Origin: an uncultured bacterium
GTDB lineage: Bacteria > Hydrothermota > Hydrothermia > LBFQ01
Assembly: GCA_964473735.1 (NCBI GenBank)
Contig: CAYYQD010000002.1
Location: forward strand, 4,966-68,965
Length of the DNA: 64,000 bases
Reading direction: 5' to 3'
Notes under the pieces: generated by a model
What the model was told of the DNA's origin: nothing
Databases searched by the model: none
Seen by the model: only the letters and a program-made list of their open reading frames with translations
Position numbers and translations under genes: made by a program
Shown: one piece after another, positions 20,938 to 30,355 of the stretch
Position numbering within the stretch: position 1 is the first letter of the stretch
Layout: each line of letters opens with the position of its first letter

Positions 20938-21987
20938 ATGAGTAGATGGTTCATAGTACTCGCAGGCGCGTCGCTCCTGATGGGCGGGTGCGGTAAGAGC
21001 GAGCTCCACCTCTGGTACTACTTCGGTGAGATACACGACTACCACTTTCGGAACCTTTTAAATCACCTGTGGAGACAGTTCCCTTTCTCCGTGGTTCCCC
21101 GCAAATTCGGATCCATAAGGGAACTTGAAGACTCCCTGCTCAAGGTGAGCGAGGATAACCTTCCCGACGTGGCGCTTACCTACCCCTCAACCGTAAAAGC
21201 CCTATACGAGGCGGGAAGACTCCAGCCGGTGGATACCACGGAGGTAAAACCCGTCCTTCCGGGGTACTGCGAGTTCGGAGGAAAGAAGTACTGCTGGCCG
21301 CTCTTTAAGAGTTTCGTCGGGTTCTACCTGAACGTTCCCCTCGCTCAACAGGTGGGTCTGGATACGGTCTTCCGTCTGGAGGACCTCCTGAATCTGAACA
21401 CGGAGTACGTCGTCTTAGGTATGTACGTCTCCTCTACCCTATACACCGCCTTTACCTTTACGTACGCCTCCGAGGGTATGTCCCTGAAGGACGCCTGCGT
21501 TGAGGCCGGGAGGCTGTACTACGGCCTCCTACACCGACCGTACGTCAGGCTGTATCCATCCCCCTACAGAGCACAGGAGGACGTCGTACTTGAGAGGATA
21601 GTCCTCCTGCCCGGGACGAGCGCCTACGCCCCCTACATAGAGAGGGAGGGTATCGCCCTGAAGTTCGTGCCCCTGATTAACAGAAAAGGGGAGAAGGTAC
21701 TTTTCCTATCGGGCCCGGACCTCGTGCTCCTGAAGGGTGGGGAGCGTAAGATGGCGACGACCTTCGTAAAGGCCCTGTACAGTACTCTGGAGAAGGATAC
21801 CGTATGGCGTAGGTTCGGTTATATCCCTGCTATTACCCTCAGAGAAAAGAACATCTACCACGATATGAACTTCAACGTCCCGCGTCAGGAGATACGGGAG
21901 CTGATCCGGAGCTTCGTGGGGGCCGACTCTCTGGACCTGAACGCGGTTGAGAGGGTATGTGAGAAGTTCAGGAGGCTTGAGTGGTAG
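20938..21987 (+). CDS. Lipoprotein, possibly an extracellular solute-binding protein
   Basis: The lipobox is LLMGGCGK. There is weak SBP-family-1-like similarity around NLPDVALTYPSTVKALYEAGRLQPVD. Confidence 0.35.
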   Translation: MSRWFIVLAGASLLMGGCGKSELHLWYYFGEIHDYHFRNLLNHLWRQFPFSVVPRKFGSIRELEDSLLKVSEDNLPDVALTYPSTVKALYEAGRLQPVDTTEVKPVLPGYCEFGGKKYCWPLFKSFVGFYLNVPLAQQVGLDTVFRLEDLLNLNTEYVVLGMYVSSTLYTAFTFTYASEGMSLKDACVEAGRLYYGLLHRPYVRLYPSPYRAQEDVVLERIVLLPGTSAYAPYIEREGIALKFVPLINRKGEKVLFLSGPDLVLLKGGERKMATTFVKALYSTLEKDTVWRRFGYIPAITLREKNIYHDMNFNVPRQEIRELIRSFVGADSLDLNAVERVCEKFRRLEW

Positions 21988-22655
21988 TATCCGCCCTGAC
22001 CTTGACCCTATTCGGTAGAAAGGTACTCGTGATGCTTCCCGGATCGCGGCCGCGGGGGTACTTCCTGTTCCTCCATGGCTCCCTACTCTCCCCCGACGAT
22101 TACACGGAGTACCTTAGAAGGGTGGCCGCCGGTGGATACGTCGTAATAGCACCCTACTACACCATGCATATCTTCACGGACGTTGGGAAGACTTCCCGGG
22201 ATGCCCGTCTCATCCTTGACAGCCTCAAGGAGGTCTACGGCGTAAATACGGGGTGCGTCGGAGGGCACTCCATGGGAGCCCTCATAGCCCTTAATATGGC
22301 CGAAGGTCATGACTGCGCCGTCCTCCTGTCCCTCTACCTACCACCCTGGATGAGGCCCGACAGCGTGTCCGTCCCCCTCCTCCTCATCTCTGGAGGTAGG
22401 GACTTCCTGACACCGTACTTCCTGCACCAGATGCCCCTCTTCCGTAAGGCTGTGGCGGACAGGTCCATCATCGTTATTCCCGAGGGTACCCACAACGCGT
22501 ACCTGAACGGTCCGGTCTGGGGAGACTTTATGGCGGGGTGGCCCCCCTTCGGTCAGAGGAGGTTTTACGAAGAGGTAGCGGATGCAACCTTGAGGTTCAT
22601 GGACAGACACGTCAGGGTACGGGGCCCAGCACCACCTCGTGTAATGGTACGTTGA
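21981..22655 (+). CDS. Alpha/beta-hydrolase fold protein (dienelactone-hydrolase/chlorophyllase-like)
   Basis: The nucleophile elbow is GGHSMG, with downstream Asp and His candidates (GGRDF, GTHNAY). Confidence 0.55.
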   Translation: MVVSALTLTLFGRKVLVMLPGSRPRGYFLFLHGSLLSPDDYTEYLRRVAAGGYVVIAPYYTMHIFTDVGKTSRDARLILDSLKEVYGVNTGCVGGHSMGALIALNMAEGHDCAVLLSLYLPPWMRPDSVSVPLLLISGGRDFLTPYFLHQMPLFRKAVADRSIIVIPEGTHNAYLNGPVWGDFMAGWPPFGQRRFYEEVADATLRFMDRHVRVRGPAPPRVMVR

Positions 22656-23619
22656 TATCGGGCCTTCGGGTGGAGGAGACGAAAACCTGACCCTTGAGAC
22701 TCTCCATAACCCCCTCTATCCCCTCCCTGTCCAGATACACGAAGGGCTCATCCAAAACCATGACCGGGGAGTCCTGAAGCCTCTCCTCTAATAGGTCCCG
22801 CACGAATATGACTATACCTAAGTGTATCCGCCTCTTCTGTCCCTCTGAGGCGAAGTACCTAACCGGCTTGCCCTCAAGGAGTATCTCAAAGCGGTCCCTG
22901 TGGGGACCGAACAGGGCCGCTCGCCTCTCCATCTCCTCCTTTCCCCGACTCACTAAGTCTTCACCGTCCTTAATGCTCGGAATATACACTATACGGAACC
23001 TGTCCGGGACAAAGGAGTACCGTACTCCGGAGTTCAATCTCCTTACGAACTCCTCCCTTCTCCTCACCATGTAATCCACGTACCGTGCCATGGAGCGGTT
23101 CAGAGGAGTGGGGTCCGCGCCGCTGCGAAGGAGGATGCGCTTTTCCCTCAAAATTCGGTTGTAGCTAACCACGCTCGCGTAGTACTCCGGATCCAGGAGG
23201 GATAGGGCCCAGTCAAAGAACTTCCTCCTTTCGGACGGAGGACCGTCCACGAAAGCGTGTTCCTTGGAGCTGAAGGAGAGGACGACGAAGGTGTTGAAGA
23301 CGTCCTGATAGGTCTTTAGGGTACGCCCGTCCTTCTTGAAGACTTTTTTCACGGTGTTCCCCCTCTCATCCACCTCAACGTAGGCCGTAAGGGTTATGGG
23401 AGTTCCCAGACGTACGAGGTGCGCCTCAAGGAAGAACCGCCTCTCCCCCCACCTGACCAGAGCGTAATCCCTGACCCCCCTGAAGGACCTCGGTACGGAA
23501 AGGTACGCTATAGCCTCTAACAGGGAGGTCTTTCCCGCACCGTTTGGACCTATGATTACGTTCAGGCTGTCGGAAAAACGATAGGTACCCCCCAAATTAC
23601 GGAAATTCACCAACTTCAA
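22612..23619 (-). CDS. recF: DNA replication and repair protein RecF
   Basis: The N-terminal Walker A is NVIIGPNGAGKTSLLEAI. The C-terminal region is Walker B/D-loop-like (VLDEPFVYLD) and the length is 335 aa. Confidence 0.8.
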   Translation of the reverse strand: MKLVNFRNLGGTYRFSDSLNVIIGPNGAGKTSLLEAIAYLSVPRSFRGVRDYALVRWGERRFFLEAHLVRLGTPITLTAYVEVDERGNTVKKVFKKDGRTLKTYQDVFNTFVVLSFSSKEHAFVDGPPSERRKFFDWALSLLDPEYYASVVSYNRILREKRILLRSGADPTPLNRSMARYVDYMVRRREEFVRRLNSGVRYSFVPDRFRIVYIPSIKDGEDLVSRGKEEMERRAALFGPHRDRFEILLEGKPVRYFASEGQKRRIHLGIVIFVRDLLEERLQDSPVMVLDEPFVYLDREGIEGVMESLKGQVFVSSTRRPDINVPLHEVVLGPVP

Positions 23620-23688
23620 ACTCTCTATGTGAATGGTCTCCCTCCTTCTGGAGGGTATTCTACGGTCGTGTTTAGAATCTGCCGTCCC

Positions 23689-24339
23689 ATGCAGGATAAA
23701 CGTCGTATAGAGGAGATGTTCTCAAGGATGAGGCTGTACGAAGCCCGCAACGTAATATTCTCTTTCGGCCAAAATCTGATATGGCGTAGGTACCTTATAA
23801 GGGAGGCCGAGGGCTCCCTGCTGGACGTCGCTACCGGTGAGGGGAACGTGCTCCGGCTCTACCACGGTGGTAGGGCCGTTGGGGTTGATATAGCCATGGG
23901 GATGTTGAGGCGCGCCCGTGAGGGGCTACTGCTGGTCAGGGGAGATGCGGAGAGCCTCCCTATAAAGGACGCCAGCTTTGACACCGTGAGCATAGCCTTC
24001 GGTCTCAGGAACGTGCCGGATAAGCTCGCCGCTTTAAGGGAGTTCAATCGCGTCCTTAAACCCGGTGGTAAGGTGCTCATCCTTGACATGAAGATAGGGG
24101 ACAGGTTGGCATCGTGGCTGGCCCTCCCGTACGTGGGGGTCGTGATGCCCATACTAACACCCCTCTTCGGAGGGAGCGTGTCAGACTACATCTATCTATT
24201 CCGCAGTATCCTGAACTTCCCGGGTAAGAGGGAGATGGAGGTCCTGTTCTCAAAGAGCGGTTTCGTCATGGAGAGGGCCTACTACTTCCACGTGGGCTCT
24301 ACGTACCTCTTCGTAGGCAGGAAGGTGGGTGATGCGTGA
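23689..24339 (+). CDS. ubiE: UbiE/MenG-like class I SAM-dependent methyltransferase
   Basis: The UbiE-like N-terminus is FSFGQNLIWRRY. The SAM motif is LDVATGEG and the acidic loop is VLILDM. The track ORF begins at 23629, and a start at Met 23689 (MQDKRR...) is proposed. Confidence 0.65.
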   Translation: MQDKRRIEEMFSRMRLYEARNVIFSFGQNLIWRRYLIREAEGSLLDVATGEGNVLRLYHGGRAVGVDIAMGMLRRAREGLLLVRGDAESLPIKDASFDTVSIAFGLRNVPDKLAALREFNRVLKPGGKVLILDMKIGDRLASWLALPYVGVVMPILTPLFGGSVSDYIYLFRSILNFPGKREMEVLFSKSGFVMERAYYFHVGSTYLFVGRKVGDA

Positions 24340-24362
24340 CCATGCGTTCCCTCAGCAGAATC

Positions 24363-24401
24363 CGGTACCACTTCTCCCGATTTTGTACCCAAAGTGATAC
24401 C
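24363..24401 (+). repeat. Copy 3 of the intergenic inverted-repeat element (forward orientation), in a convergent intergenic region
   Basis: The sequence ccggtaccacttctcccgattttgtacccaaagtgatacc is nearly identical to copy 5, including the flanking gaatcc. Confidence 0.75.
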
Positions 24402-24570
24402 TTCCCGCCGGAGATGACTACATCGTTCCGATGGTACAATGTTACCCCTCTAAGGGTATCGGCTAAGTGTTGAGCCGTGCAGAATTCTTGAGCTCGCCCT
24501 ATGAGTATTCCGCACGAAAGTAGCAGAAAGGAACGCTTGACCACGAAAAGATCCGACGCCGGAATATAAC

Positions 24571-24600
24571 AAAAAAAGGGGGGCCCAAGGCCCCCTTTCG
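24571..24600. terminator. Bidirectional rho-independent terminator
   Basis: The sequence aaaaaaa-GGGGGGCC-caa-GGCCCCC-tttcg lies between convergent genes. It has an A-tract upstream and a T-tract downstream. Confidence 0.7.
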
Positions 24601-24616
24601 CAGGTTTAGGGTTCCT

Positions 24617-25603
24617 TTATCTCACGTAAGGCCTTATCAGGGCCCTATCCTTGGACCTGAAGACCACGAAATACACACCCTTGCGGGAGGGTAGCGGATA
24701 GGAAGCCTCCCTCTTACCGAAGTACCTCCTGATCAGGCGGCCGGTGGAGGAGTAGATGCTCAGGGTGTAATTCCCCACGTAGGTCACATCCACCACGCCA
24801 TCCCTCAGGGTCAGGACGGAGTACCCGACCGAGGGCCTCTCGGACACGCTCACGTTCATGACCTTGTGATAAAAGTCAGGGAATAGGGTATCAAGTACGG
24901 GGGCAGAGCCTGCTATGTACGTGTATCTCACGGAGTCGGTGTGGGTTCCTACCTTACCGTAATTTATACGGAAGATGTGCCTGTCGTACTCCTTGATGAC
25001 TATGGAATCTACCCCGTAGGATGTAAAGGCCGACGCCCACACCCTGATGTTGAGCGGGTAAATGCCGACGGCGAGGTTGGTGGACGTGGCCGCATCCACC
25101 GTAGCCTGAGAGGATACCACCCACGCGCTATCCACCGTAGCATCACCGTCCACGTCCCCTATGGGGAAACGGGTGTTAAGAGCAAGAAGACACGTGTCCC
25201 ACGCCTCCCACGTATCCCCGGAGGCAGCGTTGTACTTGGCTACCATTACTCCACCCTCACCGTATAGTGTGCCGTCAAAGTAGGTGAAGGAGGTGTCGTT
25301 TATGGCTCCGGAGTCGGCCGTACCTATGCTCACCCAGGCGGCTACCTGTGTCCCGGGCTTATAGCACGTGCCTATGGTGTCGTACGGCATAACGGCGAGG
25401 ACGCTGTCGTGGGTGCTACCGTTTCCGTAAAGTCCTCCGCTCAACGTGTAGTCCCACGCGGCGCCGGCTACGTATCCGAGCCATGAGAGGGAGAAGAGGC
25501 TATAATCCGATGAGCCCTTCGGCACGACCCTCCGGGCGAGGGCCTCCCTCACCTTCAGGTGCAGGGTGGGATCAAAGTACAGGTTCGCCACTATCCACAA
25601 CAT
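24617..25603 (-). CDS. Secreted protein with a type IX secretion (Por) C-terminal sorting domain
   Basis: The C-terminal ~80 aa (VLTLRDGVVDVTYVGNYTLSIYSSTGRLIRRYFGKREASYPLPSRKGVYFVVFRSKDRALIRPYVR) resembles the T9SS CTD. It is also paralogous to the C-terminus of the S8 peptidase at 43899-45356. Confidence 0.5.
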   Translation of the reverse strand: MLWIVANLYFDPTLHLKVREALARRVVPKGSSDYSLFSLSWLGYVAGAAWDYTLSGGLYGNGSTHDSVLAVMPYDTIGTCYKPGTQVAAWVSIGTADSGAINDTSFTYFDGTLYGEGGVMVAKYNAASGDTWEAWDTCLLALNTRFPIGDVDGDATVDSAWVVSSQATVDAATSTNLAVGIYPLNIRVWASAFTSYGVDSIVIKEYDRHIFRINYGKVGTHTDSVRYTYIAGSAPVLDTLFPDFYHKVMNVSVSERPSVGYSVLTLRDGVVDVTYVGNYTLSIYSSTGRLIRRYFGKREASYPLPSRKGVYFVVFRSKDRALIRPYVR

Positions 25604-25660
25604 AACCCTATATTATAGGGCGGAGAGTACCGGCGTATCAAGGTCGTTGTACGAAAAACA

Positions 25661-26251
25661 TCATCGTTTCACGACACCGTTGAGTATCAGGGAAGTTACC
25701 GTATCCTCAACCTCGCGGAACTTACCGTGGCCCTCATCCCCTTCAAAGAGGTACCTCATGGCGCCGTAGATAGTGCCCCTTATGGCGTGGGATATGGCCC
25801 CCACGTCCCCGGTGATGAACACCCCTCTACTCTGCCCGTCCCTGATTATGTGGGTTATGAGGTTGAAGTACCTGTCCTTCCTCTGCAGGTTCTTCACCAG
25901 GTCCATTCTCCTGGCCATGGATGAGAAGACGAAGCTATAGACGAACCGCAGGAAATCGGGGTTCTCCCTTACCTGACGGAAGTGCTCCCTCACCCATATC
26001 TCCAGCCTTCTGATCGGATCCTCCACCCCTCTCAGACTCTCCTCCAGGTCCTCTAAGGCCCGGTCCTTCAAGTACTGGAATATGCTGATTATGAGGTCCT
26101 CCTTTGACCTGAAGTAAAAGTAGAAGTAGCTCTTCGTCTTCCCCATGGCTCTGGCGAGGTCCTCCATGGACGTGTTGTCTATACCCTTCTCTATAAAGAC
26201 CCTCATGGCCGCGAGGATGATCTCCCTACGTCTCTTCTCTCTGCTATCCAC
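25661..26251 (-). CDS. TetR/AcrR family transcriptional regulator
   Basis: The N-terminal HTH is ILAAMRVFIEKGIDNTSMEDLARAMGKTKSYFYFYF; the length is 196 aa. Confidence 0.75.
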   Translation of the reverse strand: MDSREKRRREIILAAMRVFIEKGIDNTSMEDLARAMGKTKSYFYFYFRSKEDLIISIFQYLKDRALEDLEESLRGVEDPIRRLEIWVREHFRQVRENPDFLRFVYSFVFSSMARRMDLVKNLQRKDRYFNLITHIIRDGQSRGVFITGDVGAISHAIRGTIYGAMRYLFEGDEGHGKFREVEDTVTSLILNGVVKR

Positions 26252-26278
26252 ACCGCCGTATTCTACGGGGGACGGACC

Positions 26279-27598
26279 TTACTCCAGCTTCCACGCGAAG
26301 GATATTCCGAAGGAGTACGCGTACAGCTCTCTGGTGATAACCGGTACTGTAAAATCCACGTAGGGGTATCGGAGATGCCCGAAGGCCCGGGATACCTTAA
26401 AGGAGAAGACGAAGCTCTCCGACGCGTAGAATGCCCCTACCTGCCACCTTGATAACCTCTGCCCCCCGAAACGTAGGTCCAGTCCCGCGAAGCCTCCGTA
26501 CTCGTCCCCTACACGCCCAAAGGCCCATATCCCCTCACCGGAGAGTTTGCCGGAGGCGTACAGGTGCTCCCGGGTGTAGGATAGGGTGAGGAAGGGGTAC
26601 GTACCACCCTCTATCGGGAAGAGGGAAGAGCCCGTTGCGGAACCGCTGTCCCTCTTTACCGTATCTCTGATCAGACCTACCGTGGCGCTCCCCTTCAGGT
26701 AGACGGTGTCGGAGTCGGCCGAGTACTCGGCGTAGAGGTCGTTGTTAAAGAACTCCTTCCTCCTCCACTCCCCGCTCATAGCCGACACGTAGTTATAGTA
26801 GAGGGAGTCCGAAAATCTCAGGTTTAGGGTGCGGTAGGTTTCACCTCCCAGACTGACGGTCAGGGAGCCGAACTTTCGGCCAAAGCGGAGGCCCAGGTCG
26901 TAGAGTACGACAGGGTCCATCCTGAAACGGTAGTAGTACCTTCCCACGTCCTTCTCGGCCAGCTGGAAGGATAGGACGGCGTCGTTCTGTACCCCCTCAA
27001 CGGAGAAGGTGTCTTCGTATATCTGTCCCCCGACGTACCTTATCTCCCACCCCCCTTCACCGGCGAATCGGCTCGCACTCCCTCCGATGCTCAGAAAGTA
27101 GTCTCCGAACCTCCTGCCCAATCCGAAGGCCAGCGGTAGGTAAGAGAAGTCGGACTTAGAGGATACGACTGGCAGGACCGTCACGTTCCCCCTTATCCGC
27201 CATTTTACGGGAATCTTGGACTTGAGACCGTCCACATCAACGGGAAGCAGGGTATCCTCTAAGGTGGCGTCTATCCGACCCCATACCACCTCCGGAGGAT
27301 TCCCCTGAAGGGCGCTGGTACCTAACGGCGGGGTAGAAACGTGGACGGTGGGGAAGGATAGGTAGAGGAGCCAATCCGAAACCCAGCGCACGCTGGCGTG
27401 GAAGCGCATACCGTTGGAGATCTTGAAGGCTACGGGGAGGGCGTACTCCGGGGGCAACCCCTCCGGTCTGACGGTGGTCTGGAGGTTGTCTATCTGGGCG
27501 AAGTCAAACCCCCCCGACACGTAGGTGCTATCCTCCGGAAACTCGTAGGTAAATAGAGGTGGAGGGGGGAGGAAGTAAAACAGGGAAAACTCTACCAC
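26279..27598 (-). CDS. Hypothetical outer-membrane beta-barrel-like protein
   Basis: The protein is Gly/Tyr/Ser-rich with alternating beta patterns. The C-terminus ...SFAWKLE is aromatic, and the family is unknown. Confidence 0.35.
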   Translation of the reverse strand: MVEFSLFYFLPPPPLFTYEFPEDSTYVSGGFDFAQIDNLQTTVRPEGLPPEYALPVAFKISNGMRFHASVRWVSDWLLYLSFPTVHVSTPPLGTSALQGNPPEVVWGRIDATLEDTLLPVDVDGLKSKIPVKWRIRGNVTVLPVVSSKSDFSYLPLAFGLGRRFGDYFLSIGGSASRFAGEGGWEIRYVGGQIYEDTFSVEGVQNDAVLSFQLAEKDVGRYYYRFRMDPVVLYDLGLRFGRKFGSLTVSLGGETYRTLNLRFSDSLYYNYVSAMSGEWRRKEFFNNDLYAEYSADSDTVYLKGSATVGLIRDTVKRDSGSATGSSLFPIEGGTYPFLTLSYTREHLYASGKLSGEGIWAFGRVGDEYGGFAGLDLRFGGQRLSRWQVGAFYASESFVFSFKVSRAFGHLRYPYVDFTVPVITRELYAYSFGISFAWKLE

Positions 27599-27649
27599 GC
27601 GTGTATTATACGACGGGGCTCCGGGGTGTGTGCGGAGTGCACCCGACGG

Positions 27650-29731
27650 TTACTCCTCTCCCATCATGTGCTTCAGTCTCTCAACGTTCAACCTCGCCCT
27701 CGTGTAGGTTGAGTCGTACTTCAGTATCTCCCGCCATATCTCGTAAGCCCTCCGGTAGTCGCCCCGCTGGTAAGCCTCCAACCCAATAAGGTACATCCTG
27801 TCCAGCACGTCGCGGGAGATCCGTTTCTTCCTCTTCACCTTAAGGTTCCGGAGGAGGCCCTTAGCCTCCGGTACGTTCGCTATACTTATGGCCTCCTTCA
27901 ACTTTGTTATGGCCATAAGCGTGTCCCCTTTCTCAAGATGAGAGAGCGCTTCCGTGTAGAGCATACGGGCACGGGCCCTCTTCCTCCTGAGTAATCTACG
28001 CTTTAGGGCCTTCACCTTCGGATTTTTAGGGTCCTCCCTGATGGCTTCACCTAAGAGTCTCTCCGCCTCGTTGTACCTCCCGGACGCTATGAGGGAGGAT
28101 ACCCTTAGGAGGACCTCTCCCACGTACTCCCTTCTCATGACGTTGAGATGTCTTATGAGCCTCTTCAGGGTTCTGCTGTTTCTCCTCTTCTGAACCCTTT
28201 TAAGGATGTTTATCGCCTTACGGTACCGTCTCCTCCCTATCAGGGATACAACCTTCCTCGCCTCCGGGAAGTTGAGCTGGCGTATCTCCAGGGTATAGAT
28301 TGAATCCCGCAACCTCTGAAGCTTCGGAATGGAGTCCCCCCATCCCAGAACGTTGACGAGGCTGTCCATACCGTTCAGGTATATGAGGGCCGCGGCGTAA
28401 TCCCCCCTTTCCATGGAGCGCGTGAGGCTATCCCGAAGTACCATGTACCTTCCTCGCCTTATCCGTTCCATCAGGACCTTAACCTCCCTCTCGTAGGATG
28501 TGTCCGGGGCCCATATCAGGGCTAAACGGGTGAAGTGCTCGGCATCGTCGTAATCCCCCGCCTTGGCACTCTGCTCGGCCTGCCTTATGAAGTACTCGGT
28601 CATGCGCTCCTCCGTCCGGGCTTCCTGAAGGATCACCGCCAGCGTGGTATCGGAGAGGACTTCAACCGTCCTATCCTCTGGGTAGTACCCTTTCGCGGTT
28701 ATTTTGAGGGAATACCTCCCCTCTTTAACGTTCTCAAACTTGAGGCTGCCCATCTCGTCCGCTCTCCCCATTTTGCTCCCCAGTATGATCGTAGCATCGC
28801 TCACCGGCTTGCCCTCCGTGCTGACTACCTTAACCCGTACGGTGTGTTTGTACCTGTAGAGGGGTAGGGTGTAGGATATGGAGAACCAGACGGTGGCATC
28901 GGGCTTCAGGAGAACGTCCCAGTAATCGGGCCACGCGTTAGAGTACCTGACGTCGGGGTAGTTGCCCAGAGTGAAGAGGTGATCGTAGGACAGGGAGACC
29001 GTCAGACCTTCCCTAACGTAGGCCAAACCCACCTTAGCCCATACCGGCCCATCCACCTCAACGAAGCCCTCTCCTAAGATCTTCAGGTTTGATAAGACGG
29101 AGAATGAGAGCAGGTTGGAGACGTTTACGTCAAGGTCCGCCCCTCCCATGTAGAGGTTGAGGTCGTAGGACCATCTTCCCCCGCGCAGGGATAGGATCCC
29201 GCCGAAGGCGAAGTGATCCGGTTCGTTGAACACCCTCACCAGCCCCCTCGTGAATCTGTACCTTTCCCTGACGTTCCTTATCGGCGTGGTTGAGCCGGTA
29301 TCTCCCACGAGGGGGCCGTAGTATCCCATTATCCCCATCCCACCGAGCACACCGGCTACCCTGAACCTGTAGGCGGACTTAAGCGTCAGGGTGGGATTTC
29401 CGAAGCCGTAAGCGTAGAACATCTCCCCTGTCTCGTTCAGGTTGAGCTGGTCGTACCTCAATGGAGCTGAGAGCCCAACCTCAAGGAACCTGTAAGATAG
29501 ACCCACGCCTAAGTACAGGTCTGCGAAGAAGGTGTTGAACGTCCTCACGTCGGGCAGGGGATGGTCCACGGGTAGATAGGAGTACAGTCCCTCGTCTCTC
29601 TGGTGGTCGTACCCGAAGCGCACGGAGGGGATAGTAAGGAGTAGGGTCGGCCTGTCGTAAAGGAGGGCCGATTGTGTCCTCTCCCAACCGGAAGTTCCAA
29701 ATATACTGACGGATATCACCACGAATATCAT
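27650..29731 (-). CDS. Large envelope protein with a carboxypeptidase-regulatory-like beta-sandwich and C-terminal TPR repeats
   Basis: The CarbopepD_reg-like segment is VRVKVVSTEGKPVSDATIILGSK...GRYSLKITAKGYYPEDRTVEV. It is followed by about 300 aa of TPR-like helical repeats. Confidence 0.45.
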   Translation of the reverse strand: MIFVVISVSIFGTSGWERTQSALLYDRPTLLLTIPSVRFGYDHQRDEGLYSYLPVDHPLPDVRTFNTFFADLYLGVGLSYRFLEVGLSAPLRYDQLNLNETGEMFYAYGFGNPTLTLKSAYRFRVAGVLGGMGIMGYYGPLVGDTGSTTPIRNVRERYRFTRGLVRVFNEPDHFAFGGILSLRGGRWSYDLNLYMGGADLDVNVSNLLSFSVLSNLKILGEGFVEVDGPVWAKVGLAYVREGLTVSLSYDHLFTLGNYPDVRYSNAWPDYWDVLLKPDATVWFSISYTLPLYRYKHTVRVKVVSTEGKPVSDATIILGSKMGRADEMGSLKFENVKEGRYSLKITAKGYYPEDRTVEVLSDTTLAVILQEARTEERMTEYFIRQAEQSAKAGDYDDAEHFTRLALIWAPDTSYEREVKVLMERIRRGRYMVLRDSLTRSMERGDYAAALIYLNGMDSLVNVLGWGDSIPKLQRLRDSIYTLEIRQLNFPEARKVVSLIGRRRYRKAINILKRVQKRRNSRTLKRLIRHLNVMRREYVGEVLLRVSSLIASGRYNEAERLLGEAIREDPKNPKVKALKRRLLRRKRARARMLYTEALSHLEKGDTLMAITKLKEAISIANVPEAKGLLRNLKVKRKKRISRDVLDRMYLIGLEAYQRGDYRRAYEIWREILKYDSTYTRARLNVERLKHMMGEE

Positions 29732-29809
29732 CGCTCATATATTATACGGTTGGGTATAAGGCCCGGCTTAGGAATTAAGCCCAAATACTGCCATATAATA
29801 AATGGCGTT

Positions 29810-30355
29810 ATGCTACTTTCCCTTCTTTCCTTAACCGTCTCCTTCAAGGAGGGGTACGTTCAGTATCGTACGGTACTGAAGGCCCTGGGGGCGGTACCAG
29901 ACCCCGTCAGTGGAACCAGTAAAAGGCTCTCCGTGAAAACCTCCTTTTCTGACGACAGCACCTTCCGTTTCCAGCTTAAGGTACCGGTACGCTCCTTCAG
30001 GTCCGGAAACACCACGCGCGACAGAGATGTGGCCAAGATACTGGGTTATCCGAAGTACAGGTACATAACCTTTACCTTAGTTGCCTATCCGAAGGACGCC
30101 ATAGACAGGGTGATGAGTTCCGATAGCGGGACTGTGAAGGTTAAGGCCAGACTCAAGGTAAAGGGGAAGGCGAAGACCTACACTTGGAAGGTGAAGTACC
30201 GGTGGCTCTCCGACAACCTCCTTGAGCTGAGGACATCCCGGCACGTCAAATTCACGGACTTTGGCATAAAGCCCCCAACCCTCTTCGGCTTCGTTAAGAG
30301 GGCACCGGACGACGTTGAGGTGTCCGGGCGTATAACACTGGAGGTAAGAAGATGA
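29810..30355 (+). CDS. YceI-like family periplasmic protein
   Basis: The signal peptide MLLSLLSLTVSF is present and the beta-rich ~180-aa protein has a YceI-like pattern. The track ORF begins at 29672, and Met 29810 is proposed as the start. A cytochrome-b561-like gene follows, as in E. coli yceI-yceJ. Confidence 0.5.
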   Translation: MLLSLLSLTVSFKEGYVQYRTVLKALGAVPDPVSGTSKRLSVKTSFSDDSTFRFQLKVPVRSFRSGNTTRDRDVAKILGYPKYRYITFTLVAYPKDAIDRVMSSDSGTVKVKARLKVKGKAKTYTWKVKYRWLSDNLLELRTSRHVKFTDFGIKPPTLFGFVKRAPDDVEVSGRITLEVRR

